Shown here: positions 48,009 to 57,982 of the stretch, in pieces
Numbering within the stretch: the stretch's first letter is position 1
Layout: every line of letters begins with the position of its first letter
Assembly: GCA_029762535.1 (NCBI GenBank)
Contig: JARVGK010000007.1
Coordinates: forward strand, 32,001 to 96,000
From: Thermoplasmatota archaeon
GTDB taxonomy: Archaea > Thermoplasmatota > Penumbrarchaeia > Penumbrarchaeales > Penumbrarchaeaceae
Direction: 5' to 3'
DNA length: 64,000 nucleotides
Made by a program: the position numbers and the translations under genes
Notes under the pieces: generated by a model
What the model saw: only the letters and a program-made list of their open reading frames with translations
The model's database searches: none
What the model was told of the DNA's origin: nothing

Positions 48009-49008
48009 GGTAAAGAGTGGACATCGTGCTGAGATATCTGGAGGATAGAGTTCCGAAACGTGGAGCGATATTCATACAACCTTTTTGCTCTGTCGATATA
48101 TAGGAGAACTTATCAGCCATGTCTATCTGGACGAAATCTCCGGTATGCAGGTCAACACCACTATATCTCGATAAGTCGTTTTCCATGCCATACTGTTGAA
48201 GCCAAAGCTTCATTTCTCCTCTACCTGTCTGTGATATCGAATCAAATCCCTCGCGATCGATTTTTGATGAGAACGTTACTTCAACAAAAGTGGGACGTTC
48301 CATGTTCCGTTTCTCCAGGTCTCTGAGGCTGCCACTGTAATGGTCTCCGATCGTGCTGATCAGGAAAAATGTCTCCTCCATGTCATCGGAGGCGGAAATT
48401 GTCATATGGCCGTTGTAGAACAGTTCATATAATTGGCCGGGTCGTCCATGCTCGGACTTTCCGAATCTTGTCGAAGATATGGAAAATCGCTCTTTTATCC
48501 TTTCCAGAAGGTCATCCTGAACGTTGTTCTTTCCTATCCAAAATTTGGCTGAGAAATCCGTTCTATCGTTCCGTGGGGAAAAAATATCCCTGTACTTTAT
48601 TCCAAAACCCCGGTTAACGAAACCTGTTCTCTTCTCTATACCCGTCATGAAACGTTGGGTGAACCAAGTCCTGTCCACACCAAGATTATTCGTAAAGTTC
48701 CTTTTTATCATTGCATTGGTCGCTTCGGTCGTGGAAAGAGTGAATATCTCCCAGATCCTGCTGTTGCGGGTATCGATCCAGAATAGATCGTTGCGGTACT
48801 TGATCTCATATAGGTTGCGGTCAATCAGTTCCATACCCGATAGGTCGACAACATGAGGAAGGACCTTTTCGTCCACTTCCAACCAGAACACCTTTATCTG
48901 GGGGTTTGTCCAAGGGCCATATTTAGAATAAAAACTCACGTCCGAATTTCCGATAGAGGTTAGAAGGGAATACAGTTCCTTTCTATCCCTAACTCTTTTC
49001 ATGGCCAC
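47983..49008 (-). CDS. Hypothetical protein, low GC
   Basis: 341-aa ORF, AT-rich, with VDLHTG and GCMN motifs near the C-terminus. Confidence 0.7.
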   Translation of the reverse strand: MAMKRVRDRKELYSLLTSIGNSDVSFYSKYGPWTNPQIKVFWLEVDEKVLPHVVDLSGMELIDRNLYEIKYRNDLFWIDTRNSRIWEIFTLSTTEATNAMIKRNFTNNLGVDRTWFTQRFMTGIEKRTGFVNRGFGIKYRDIFSPRNDRTDFSAKFWIGKNNVQDDLLERIKERFSISSTRFGKSEHGRPGQLYELFYNGHMTISASDDMEETFFLISTIGDHYSGSLRDLEKRNMERPTFVEVTFSSKIDREGFDSISQTGRGEMKLWLQQYGMENDLSRYSGVDLHTGDFVQIDMADKFSYISTEQKGCMNIAPRFGTLSSRYLSTMSTLYHDGVEIFA

Positions 49009-49071
49009 ATCCCTTTTTTAGTTATACATCGTTGTATAATCATTGGCCTATTTAAAGGATATCGGGTGGTT

Positions 49072-49761
49072 TTAGAACCTTCCCCTCGCCCCTCCCCCGC
49101 CGGATCGCCCGCCGCCGAAACCGCCCCCGCCCCTCCCCCCGAAGATCCAGAAGGGAAAGAGGAACACCCTGCCTTTGGTGAGGACGCTCACGGCCACGAA
49201 TATAACGACGACGATAAGGAGCTGCCACCAGAGCAAGGGCAGACAAGGTATGGGATACCACGGTTCCTTGACCTTCGGGGGTTCACCTCCATATTCATCG
49301 ATTATGATCCGACCTATGGCAAGGGTCAGGTCGTATATGCCCTCGTAGTACATGCTCGCATTAAGGTAAGGAACGAAACCCTCCATTGCCAGCCGGTTCA
49401 CCCTCGCGTCCGGGAGAACCCCCTCCAGGCCGTACCCCACCTCTACCCTCCACAGACCCTCGGAATAGGATATTAGTATCAGCAATCCATTGTCCTTCCC
49501 CTCCTGACCCAGCCCCGTGGCCTCGAACGTTCTCACGGCGAAGAGGTCGATCCCGTCTGGCTGGGTTTCGTTGACTATCAGTATCGCCATCTCCGCCCCC
49601 GTCCTTTTATAGACCTCGGAGCAGACGGATTCGATGTCGTATATCTCCTCATCAAAAAGCAGGCCTACCTGGTCGGTGACGTAGTATTCGAGAACCGGAT
49701 AATCCCCAATGACGGATGGAAGGATGAGGATACTTATCAGGAACAGGGTGAGCGCTCTCAT
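49072..49761 (-). CDS. TPM-domain (YgcG-like) membrane protein
   Basis: YVTDQVGLL, LGQEGKDNGLLIL, RVEVGYGLEGVLPD, Gly-rich GFGGGRSGGGGA tail. Confidence 0.9.
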   Translation of the reverse strand: MRALTLFLISILILPSVIGDYPVLEYYVTDQVGLLFDEEIYDIESVCSEVYKRTGAEMAILIVNETQPDGIDLFAVRTFEATGLGQEGKDNGLLILISYSEGLWRVEVGYGLEGVLPDARVNRLAMEGFVPYLNASMYYEGIYDLTLAIGRIIIDEYGGEPPKVKEPWYPIPCLPLLWWQLLIVVVIFVAVSVLTKGRVFLFPFWIFGGRGGGGFGGGRSGGGGARGRF

Positions 49762-49771
49762 CGCGGACCCT

Positions 49772-50344
49772 TCATATCCCAGGCTGGTTGGGAGCGGCCC
49801 CGGATTCGAAGTACGAACGCTTCTCGAAGCCGAAAGAGTTCGCAACGATAAATGCAGGGAACTGCCGGATCTTGGTGTTGTAGTCCTTGACGGCGTCGTT
49901 GTATCTCATCCTCTCGACGGTGATCCTGTTCTCGGTGCCCTCCAATTCCACGATGAGATCGCTGACCGCCTCTATGGATCCAAGGTAGGGGTAGGCCTCA
50001 TAGGTCAGTATTATCGACCTCAACGCGGCATCCAGTTGGTTCGACGTCTCCACCTGCTCCTCGGTGGATCCCGCTTCCATCCACTGGGTCCTCAACGCCG
50101 TGACGTTCTGCAGGGTCCCGGATTCGAACTCCTGATAGCCCTCAACGGTCGCCACAAGATTCGGAATGAGATCGATCTTCCTCTGGTACTGGTTCTCGAC
50201 CTGCGCCCATTGGTTGTCTATCGATTCCTCCTTGCCCACGAGGTCGTTGTAGGTCCCCGCCGTCCAAACGACGGCGCCGATAAGGAAAAGGAATACGGCC
50301 CCCACGACCACGGCAGCGGCTATCAACCCCACTTTCGCGCTCAT
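49772..50344 (-). CDS. lemA: LemA family protein
   Basis: YNDLV, QYQRKIDLIPNLV, EAYP, TENRI..ERMRYN, FPAFIVA..FGF. Confidence 0.92.
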   Translation of the reverse strand: MSAKVGLIAAAVVVGAVFLFLIGAVVWTAGTYNDLVGKEESIDNQWAQVENQYQRKIDLIPNLVATVEGYQEFESGTLQNVTALRTQWMEAGSTEEQVETSNQLDAALRSIILTYEAYPYLGSIEAVSDLIVELEGTENRITVERMRYNDAVKDYNTKIRQFPAFIVANSFGFEKRSYFESGAAPNQPGI

Positions 50345-50550
50345 GATAACCACAATCAATAACTAATATAAAATCCCGAAGGCATAAATGCTAGTTCCGC
50401 AGCATTTACACATGTGTACTGAAATGTTCAGGGAAATACCGAAAATTAATTAGCCGTAATGAAAAATCCAATCGGCACATGCAAATATCCGAAAAGGTGA
50501 TGGAGATATGCAGCTCGAAGCTGACACGATCCCGGACGGTGAAAGGGCGG

Positions 50551-53500
50551 ATGGAGTCCATGACCCATAGGACCGAAACTCGGCATGTTACGGCGATGAC
50601 CCTCAAGGTCCTCGCCATATCATTCGTAATGCTCTGCCCGATGTTCACCCACGGCAGCGCGGGGATCGATCCTCGACCCTCGTCCAGGATCGAGATCGAA
50701 CTAGAGCATTACATCTCTCACACCATGATCGAAGGCACCGCCCACAGGGAGATCCTCCTGATGGAAGGAGGGATCTCAAGGGCCGAGGGAGGATACCGGA
50801 TCCCCTTCTATTCGCGAATGCTGAGCGTTCCCGGAACGATATTCGATATCGATGTCCGATTCGAGGACCCCAGCACCTTCGACATTCCGGCGGCCCCCTG
50901 GACCACACCTTCGATAATAGGCCAACGCTCTGAGATCGACCCGGAATGGGATCCGAACTCTCATCTGAAAAATGTGCAAAGCTACGAGCTCATAGACCTC
51001 GGACGGAGATCCCCGAACGGGGATAGGCTCTACTCCCTAAGGCTTTACCCGTTGAGATTCCAGGGCGACGGGTCCTCGATCCTTCACAGCAAGGTTTTGA
51101 TATCCATCGATCACGCCCCCCTTAATCCCGGCGCGTTCAACGCCGAGAGGAAGCCTTTCGGACCGATCGAATACCTCATCATCACCCACGAGGACCTCGA
51201 AGATGAGCTCATACCCTTCGCGGAATGGAAGTCGCAGAAAGGGCTGTTCACGAGGATACTCACAACAGAACACATCGGATCGGCATACGAGGGAGCGGAC
51301 CTCGCCATGAAGATGAGGAACTGTGTGATGGACATGGAACAGAGGTATGACCTCGACTATCTCCTCATCGTCGGGGATTACGATAAGGTGCCGACGAGAT
51401 ACACCTACAACGATTATGCATACACCGCCTACGGAGAGCCTGGCTACTACGCCACGGACGGCTACTTCGCCTGCGTGGATGCGGGCACGACCTGGAACAA
51501 GGACAATGATGCGAACTACGCTGAACCCGGAGAGATAGACGACCCGGTGCCGGACATGGCCGTGGCAAGGCTCGCCATAAACAGCCCATCCGTGCTTAGG
51601 TCCGTCCTCTCTGACCTGATCCAAAGGGACAAGGAGCTGCCATACTCCTCTCACAACAACGTCCCGATATACATGGTTGGCAATCCCAATCCGAACCCCG
51701 GAGACCCGGTCGATGTCATGGACCACTTCTGGGACACCTACGGTGAGGACGTTTTCGACGATAGGGAGACCATGCATTACGACGGCACGGGGACGATGAG
51801 CTTCTCCAAGTCCTCGGTGAAGATGGTGATGGACGACCGGCACCAGTTCATGGGATACTTCAGCCACGGAACGCCAACCGGCATCCCGAACCTCTACGAC
51901 CGCAGCGATGTCTCCGATCTCTCCGGGAACGGCCATGCGGGGGTATTCTTCGCCATGGCCTGCTCCACCGGATGGTTCGATAAGCCAGGCACCGGAGCCA
52001 ATTACTTCACGGGGGACTGCCTGGCCGAGGCCCTGACGGAAACCCCCGGAAAGGGCGTCGCGGGCTACATCGGGTCCTCAAGGCTGGCCGTGGGCCACAT
52101 CGACACCGCATATTCGGGGGACGCTCCAGGACTGATGGAGGACTACTGGAGGGGTGTTGGGGAGGCCATGAACGGCAACCTGAACTCAACGTCAGGCGAC
52201 ATATACAGATACGCCATAACGCGGTTCGCCTCCAATTTCCATCCTTTCCCCGGCGGGGCCTCGGACGGGTCCCTTCGCACGTACCTCGAATACAATCTCC
52301 TGGGCGAGCCCGACGCCCCGCTCATAATAAAGGAGCCCGAGCAACTCTCCCTCACCTTCGACCTCTCGCCGGACCTGACATACGTCAAGGCAAGGGTCAA
52401 GGACTCGGGAGGATCCCCCGTGGAAGGCGTCACCGTCACCATCAGCAGGCTCGGGGAGCTTGGGATCTCCGCATTGACGGACATACAAGGAGATGTCAAC
52501 ATCAGCATTCCGCCCTCGAACGGCGGCAACATATCGATCACGGCATACAGAAGGGGGGACCTCCCCTCCACCTCATATTTCGAGCTGCCAGACGAACTCC
52601 CTCCGATCGCGATCCTCGAAATATCCCCGGAAGCCCCGGACGGGCTTAACGGATATTACAAGACCACGCCCGACCTCTTCATTGGGGCCGATGAGGAGGT
52701 CGAGGTCGAATACATCCTCGACGGGCAAGGGTCGGTCTTCTGCCCCGGCAACGAGGCGATCCCCCTTCACGACGGGGAACACGAACTCGCATACAGGGTC
52801 AAGGACCTAGCAGGCCACAGATCGGACTGGGACACTATCTCTGTAAAGATCGACACCACCCCTCCCGAACTGCGGATCGATACCGACCCGCATCTTCCAG
52901 ACGGCCAAGACGGCTGGTTCAAAACAACGCCGGCCTTATCCCTTAACGCGAACGAGGAAATATTCGACGTAGGCTTGAGCATCGACGACGGTTTCTGGAC
53001 CGGATACACACAGGACATATATCTGGACGACGGAGTGACAAAGGTAGCTATCCAGGCCCGGGACGTCGCCGGGAACTGGAACACGACATCGAGGATACTA
53101 AAAATCGACAGCACGGCCCCGGTCTCATCCCTTTTCGTATCCCATTCACCTGACGGCCTGAACGGTTACTATGTCACCGCTCCCATGATCGAATTGAGGG
53201 CCCACGACCCCAACTCCCCGCAGCTGGAATACCGATGGGACGGCGGCGAGTGGAACGTATATCAAGACCCATTCGAGGCCCCGGAAGGCATACACGCTCT
53301 CGGCTACAGAGCAAGGGACGCCCCCGGGAACGTCGAAGAGTGGAGAACGGAGGAGTTCAAGGTCGATACGGTCGGACCTTCCATTGGGATCGACATAGAT
53401 CCCGAAGATACGAACGGGCTCAATGGATACTACATATCCTCGCCCATGGTAAACGCCACATGGAGCGAAGGCACATTGTTGTACGCCCTGAGGGAGGAGG

Positions 53501-54600
53501 GCTACGAGGTCTCATGGCCCCTTCACGGCAGGGATTGGACCGGACCTATCAAGATACCCGAGGGCAACTGGACGCTCCTTCTGAAATGCCAGGACGAGGC
53601 GGGGAACGAAATAGTGTCCGGCCCGCACTTCTTCAGCGTGGACCTTGCCCCGCCGTCTTTGAACATCAGCTTCTGGCCGGAGATGCCCGATGGCAGGAAC
53701 GGATGGTATGTCACGATCCCCTCGATAACGGCCAAAGCGGGCGCTGAGGACGATCTTTTCTACCGGACGCTCCCCGAAGAGGATTGGACCAAATATAAGG
53801 AGACGCTCTTCATAGAGGCCCAGAATACAAGACTTGAGTTCAAGGCCAGGGACAGGGCGGGCAACGAGAACGTAGTTCAGGCCCCCCCCATAAGATACGA
53901 TCCGGAACCTCCATGGGTCTCGATAACGAGCCCCTCCTCCGGGGACGTCCTCGGGGGCGGTAGGGTTCTTTTAACTTGGACGGGCGGGGACAACGTTATG
54001 AATGGAACTACCTACTGGCTCAGATCGGACGCCGACGAGTTCGTACCCCTGGGATACGCACTCTCGCACAACCTTTCGGGCCTATCCGACGGAAAGCATC
54101 ACGTCATCCTGAGAGCCATCGACGATGCGGGGAACCATGCGGAATCGTGGGTAATATTCAATGTGGACTCCACGCCCCCTACTGTCTCAGCATACGCCCC
54201 TGTGGGGGATGCAGTGGACGAGCTCTCGGACATCAGCGTCACCTTCTCCGAGGCCATGGACAGGGATTCCGTCGTCTTCGAGATCGAAGGGGTATCGGGA
54301 ACCGTGAGATGGAGTCTGAACGAAGCCGTGTTCACACCGTCCGATCCCCTGTTGAAAGGAACCACATACAACATAACCGTTCGGGGAAGGGACCTCTACG
54401 GGAACGAACTCGCCCCGTTCTCATGGGAATTCACCACGTTGGAGGAGCCTGAGGTCCCCGTGGAGGATAAGGACACCCCCCTCGGACTGATAGCTGCGGC
54501 AGCCATTTCCTCGATCATGGTCCTGGCCGCTATATCGGCCCTGTTCCTGCTCATCCAGCGAAGAAGGCGCAAGTATGATGAAATGGAATTCTTCGAATGA
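50551..54600 (+). CDS. Membrane-anchored C25 (gingipain-like) cysteine peptidase with Ig-like repeats
   Basis: YLIIT, WKSQKG, YLLIVGD, TDGYFA, VARL, catalytic SHG and AMACSTGWFD, YNLLGEP, about five P/xDGxNG(W/Y)Y repeats, Big_5-like domain, C-terminal TM+RRRRK; exact start uncertain (50479-50596). Confidence 0.88.
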   Translation: MESMTHRTETRHVTAMTLKVLAISFVMLCPMFTHGSAGIDPRPSSRIEIELEHYISHTMIEGTAHREILLMEGGISRAEGGYRIPFYSRMLSVPGTIFDIDVRFEDPSTFDIPAAPWTTPSIIGQRSEIDPEWDPNSHLKNVQSYELIDLGRRSPNGDRLYSLRLYPLRFQGDGSSILHSKVLISIDHAPLNPGAFNAERKPFGPIEYLIITHEDLEDELIPFAEWKSQKGLFTRILTTEHIGSAYEGADLAMKMRNCVMDMEQRYDLDYLLIVGDYDKVPTRYTYNDYAYTAYGEPGYYATDGYFACVDAGTTWNKDNDANYAEPGEIDDPVPDMAVARLAINSPSVLRSVLSDLIQRDKELPYSSHNNVPIYMVGNPNPNPGDPVDVMDHFWDTYGEDVFDDRETMHYDGTGTMSFSKSSVKMVMDDRHQFMGYFSHGTPTGIPNLYDRSDVSDLSGNGHAGVFFAMACSTGWFDKPGTGANYFTGDCLAEALTETPGKGVAGYIGSSRLAVGHIDTAYSGDAPGLMEDYWRGVGEAMNGNLNSTSGDIYRYAITRFASNFHPFPGGASDGSLRTYLEYNLLGEPDAPLIIKEPEQLSLTFDLSPDLTYVKARVKDSGGSPVEGVTVTISRLGELGISALTDIQGDVNISIPPSNGGNISITAYRRGDLPSTSYFELPDELPPIAILEISPEAPDGLNGYYKTTPDLFIGADEEVEVEYILDGQGSVFCPGNEAIPLHDGEHELAYRVKDLAGHRSDWDTISVKIDTTPPELRIDTDPHLPDGQDGWFKTTPALSLNANEEIFDVGLSIDDGFWTGYTQDIYLDDGVTKVAIQARDVAGNWNTTSRILKIDSTAPVSSLFVSHSPDGLNGYYVTAPMIELRAHDPNSPQLEYRWDGGEWNVYQDPFEAPEGIHALGYRARDAPGNVEEWRTEEFKVDTVGPSIGIDIDPEDTNGLNGYYISSPMVNATWSEGTLLYALREEGYEVSWPLHGRDWTGPIKIPEGNWTLLLKCQDEAGNEIVSGPHFFSVDLAPPSLNISFWPEMPDGRNGWYVTIPSITAKAGAEDDLFYRTLPEEDWTKYKETLFIEAQNTRLEFKARDRAGNENVVQAPPIRYDPEPPWVSITSPSSGDVLGGGRVLLTWTGGDNVMNGTTYWLRSDADEFVPLGYALSHNLSGLSDGKHHVILRAIDDAGNHAESWVIFNVDSTPPTVSAYAPVGDAVDELSDISVTFSEAMDRDSVVFEIEGVSGTVRWSLNEAVFTPSDPLLKGTTYNITVRGRDLYGNELAPFSWEFTTLEEPEVPVEDKDTPLGLIAAAAISSIMVLAAISALFLLIQRRRRKYDEMEFFE

Positions 54601-54601
54601 A

Positions 54602-55684
54602 TCAGATCCACTTCCTCTTCCTGAAGTATATCAGCATCACCAGAGGGATCGCCGCCATGAGCGTCAGGGCCAACGGGTATCCGAAATACCATCTCAGTTC
54701 CGGCATGTTGAACGGTGAATAGTCCGGGTCGAAGTTCATTCCGTATATTCCGGCTATGAACGTGAGGGGGATGAATATCGTCGCTATTATGGTCAGGACC
54801 TTCATGACCTCGTTCATTCGGTTGCTGACGCTCGAGAGGTATATGTCGAGCATGCTCGATGTTATATCCCGATGGCTCTCGATGGAGTCTATGACCTGTA
54901 TCGTATGATCGTATAGGTCACGGAAATAGAGTTTTGTCTCATCCTTCACCATTCCTGAGGATTCCCTGTACAGAGATGACACCGACTCCCTCAGTGGCCA
55001 GGTCGACCTGCGCATCGTGATCAGCTGCCTCTTGAGCTCGTGTATGGCCTGCACGGTGCCCCTCTCCGGCCTCTCGATCACTTCGTCCTCGATGGACTCC
55101 ACCTTCTCGCCCAAGTTCTCGATTACCAGGAAGTAGCTGTCAACGATCGAATCCATCAGGCAGTATGCCAGATAGTCCGATCCCAAGCTCCGGACCCGCC
55201 CCTTCCCCGTCCGGATCCTGTCCCTTATCGGATCGAAAACGTCCCCTCTTCTCTCCTGGAAGGACAGGATGTAGCCTTCCCCCAGTATTATCGAGACCTG
55301 CTCGGATTCCACCTCCCCGCCATCCTTGGACGGGTATATCATCCTCAGGACGATGAAGATGTGGCTCTCATGATGCTCTGTCTTGGGCCTCTGCGAGGTG
55401 TTGAGCACGTCCTCTATGACCAGAGGGTGTATCCCGAACTCCCTTCCTATTCGCTCAAGAAGGGACGTGTCGTTGAGCCCGTCGATGTTTATCCATCGAA
55501 CGCCATCGGCCTTGGCTTCCCTGGCGCATTCTCCAATATCGGCCATCTTCCTCTCGGAATACCCTTCGGGGCCGTATTCGAAAAGGGTGATCACCGGTCT
55601 GTCCGACCTGCTCCTGCCCGTATATACGAGGGATCCAGGGGGCATCCCTATCTTATGTTTGGTCCGGGCCTTTTCCATCCTCAT
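54602..55684 (-). CDS. corA: Magnesium/cobalt transporter CorA
   Basis: GMPPGSL, HPLVIED, QRPK, MNEVMKVLT, YGMNF, MPEL. Confidence 0.95.
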   Translation of the reverse strand: MRMEKARTKHKIGMPPGSLVYTGRSRSDRPVITLFEYGPEGYSERKMADIGECAREAKADGVRWINIDGLNDTSLLERIGREFGIHPLVIEDVLNTSQRPKTEHHESHIFIVLRMIYPSKDGGEVESEQVSIILGEGYILSFQERRGDVFDPIRDRIRTGKGRVRSLGSDYLAYCLMDSIVDSYFLVIENLGEKVESIEDEVIERPERGTVQAIHELKRQLITMRRSTWPLRESVSSLYRESSGMVKDETKLYFRDLYDHTIQVIDSIESHRDITSSMLDIYLSSVSNRMNEVMKVLTIIATIFIPLTFIAGIYGMNFDPDYSPFNMPELRWYFGYPLALTLMAAIPLVMLIYFRKRKWI

Positions 55685-55734
55685 TCGTCCACCCCATTCA
55701 CCAATGGGAATGTTCCTATATAAATCAGGACCGT

Positions 55735-57291
55735 TCAGCGGACGGCAACGCTCCTCAGCCAATCCACATCGGAGAGGTACAGGTCCCTTATGTCGGATAT
55801 CCCGAGGACCATCATGGCGAGCCTTTCAAGACCCAGGCCCCATGCCAGGACAGGTTGTTCGACCCCCGTGGGAAGGGTGACCTCCGGTCTGAATATTCCT
55901 GAACCCCCAAGCTCCATCCACCTGCCCTCGTAGAACACATCGACCTCCATGGAGGGCTCCGTGTACGGAAAATACCCGGGCCTCATCCGTATCCGCTCGA
56001 AACCCATCCTCCTGTAGAATTCCTTCAAGAGGCCCACAAGCATGTCAAAGGACGCGCCCTTCTCGACCAGAACACCCTCTATCTGATAGAACTCGGGCAG
56101 GTGATGAGCGTCAATGGACTCGTTCCTGAACACCTTCTCAATGGAGAACACCTTCAAAGGTGGTTCGGGGTGGTCGTACAGGTACCTGATGGTGCTGACC
56201 GTGGTGTGTGTCCTCAGGATCGGCTTCATGGCCTTATCCTCCGACCATGCGTACCCCCAACCTTTTGACCCGGTCCCACCACCTCTCTCATGGACCTCTC
56301 GGAAAGTACCGATAGGATCCATCTCCTTGCTGTTGAACTCCATGGGAGCGAGAGGTCTTCCCAGCTCCAGGTAGAACGTGTCCTGCATCTCCCTTGCGGG
56401 ATGGTCCTGAGGGATGAAGAGAGCGTCCATGTTCCACAGTTCAAGCTCGGCGTAGTTGCCGGTGATCTCGGTGAATCCCATGTCCAGGAATATCCTTCTG
56501 ACCCTCTCGATTATTCTCGTAAGCGGATGCGGCCTTCCCCCGGATGGTATGGGGGCCAACGCGTTCACGTCGTAGCGCCTGAAATCCACCTTGGACCATC
56601 TTCCGTCCTTGAGCAATTCCGGAGTGAGCTGGGTCACCTCCCTTTTGAGCTCTATCCCCATCGAGGCCACCTCTTTGCCCAGGTCCGTGAGCTCCAGCCT
56701 CCTCTCGACGATCTCCCTCTCGGTTATGACGTCCTTACGCCCCTTGAGGTCCTTCAGCACCGCCGGATCGATCTCCGATCCCTCTATCTCCGAACGCGAT
56801 AGGGCCTCGATCAATCTTTCGTCCTCACCCTTGACGCCTATCGCCTTCTTTCCGGCCTCCGTGATGACAAGGTATGTCTCCTCCCCCTCCTTCCTGACCT
56901 TGGCCCACCGCTTACGGTTCAGCCATCCTATGGCGATGTTGAGTTCAGCCCGGTTGACCTTTCCACTGGACACGATCTCGGATAGGCTCGCCACGCCCTC
57001 GGACCTTCCGAGTATCTCGAGCACCCGCCTCTCGGGCAGCCCCTGAACGGCATACGATCTGTGCCCCAGGGCTATCATCCTCCTGACGCTCTCGTGGATC
57101 AGGAGAAGGCCCTTCGACCGCAGCCAGGAGGCGGCGTTCATGATCTCCACCTCCTTCGAGAAGCCGCCCTTCCTCATGGCCTTGTCCAGTCTGAGAGATA
57201 TCTCATCGGATAGGGCCATCACCAGCTTTTTCTCGTTGAGGCTGAGCTCGTCCCCTATGTCCTTTTTCTCCTTGCGGGTCAAATAACTCAC
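55735..57291 (-). CDS. pheS: Phenylalanine-tRNA ligase alpha subunit (archaeal type)
   Basis: N-terminal wHTH extension, HPAREMQDTF, LRTHTT, FRNE..D..HLPEF, YFPYTEPS, AWGLGLER. Confidence 0.96.
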   Translation of the reverse strand: MSYLTRKEKKDIGDELSLNEKKLVMALSDEISLRLDKAMRKGGFSKEVEIMNAASWLRSKGLLLIHESVRRMIALGHRSYAVQGLPERRVLEILGRSEGVASLSEIVSSGKVNRAELNIAIGWLNRKRWAKVRKEGEETYLVITEAGKKAIGVKGEDERLIEALSRSEIEGSEIDPAVLKDLKGRKDVITEREIVERRLELTDLGKEVASMGIELKREVTQLTPELLKDGRWSKVDFRRYDVNALAPIPSGGRPHPLTRIIERVRRIFLDMGFTEITGNYAELELWNMDALFIPQDHPAREMQDTFYLELGRPLAPMEFNSKEMDPIGTFREVHERGGGTGSKGWGYAWSEDKAMKPILRTHTTVSTIRYLYDHPEPPLKVFSIEKVFRNESIDAHHLPEFYQIEGVLVEKGASFDMLVGLLKEFYRRMGFERIRMRPGYFPYTEPSMEVDVFYEGRWMELGGSGIFRPEVTLPTGVEQPVLAWGLGLERLAMMVLGISDIRDLYLSDVDWLRSVAVR

Positions 57292-57328
57292 CGATCTCGT
57301 TACCGGAGGATTGCCGGATGATTTTAAT

Positions 57329-57895
57329 TTAACCCCCGAGGATCAGCTCGAGGTACGACCTTCGCTCGAAGGTCGAATACCCTAAAGACCCCATCAAAGT
57401 AATGACCTTACCCTCCGCCTCTTCAAGGGTCTCCGACATGATCTCACCCTCGAGGAACACACCCAGACCCTCGACCGAGTCCACACAAAGTACCACACCG
57501 TCCATCTCGAGTATATGTCTGGTCTTATTTATGGTCCTGAGCGAGTCAAATCCCATGGAACCGAACAAATCCACCGCCTGGGCAAGGGAGCATCCTTGAG
57601 AGAAGGATAGCTCGATCTCTTTTCTGGATTTGGACCTGCCGGATAGCTTTGGCCCTTTGTATGTCAGCTTCAGGCTCTCCGATCCGTCCTTGACCTCGGA
57701 CCGGATCCTCAGAGATTCGTCCGTACTTGCCAGATCACGGCAGGGATGAACGAGATAGATATCGCTCTGAACGACACTTCCCTTCGGATCGGCCCCCAGG
57801 GTGATGAGGCGCCTCATCAGTGTCGAGCAGATCGCCTCCATCCTAACCGGGTCCTTCGTCATCTCCACGGGGGATTTCATCTCGACCTCGATCAT
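57329..57895 (-). CDS. CYTH-domain protein (class IV adenylate cyclase CyaB-like)
   Basis: EVEMK, QSDIY, LRIR, TYKGPK, KTR, DSVEGLGVFLEGE, SYLEL. Confidence 0.9.
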   Translation of the reverse strand: MIEVEMKSPVEMTKDPVRMEAICSTLMRRLITLGADPKGSVVQSDIYLVHPCRDLASTDESLRIRSEVKDGSESLKLTYKGPKLSGRSKSRKEIELSFSQGCSLAQAVDLFGSMGFDSLRTINKTRHILEMDGVVLCVDSVEGLGVFLEGEIMSETLEEAEGKVITLMGSLGYSTFERRSYLELILGG

Positions 57896-57982
57896 AAGAG
57901 TTCATCTCCACACATTGGGGACGGATGATATCCCAGAACCATTATATTGATTTCCGACCCTACACCCCGGAAGGTGCAAACG

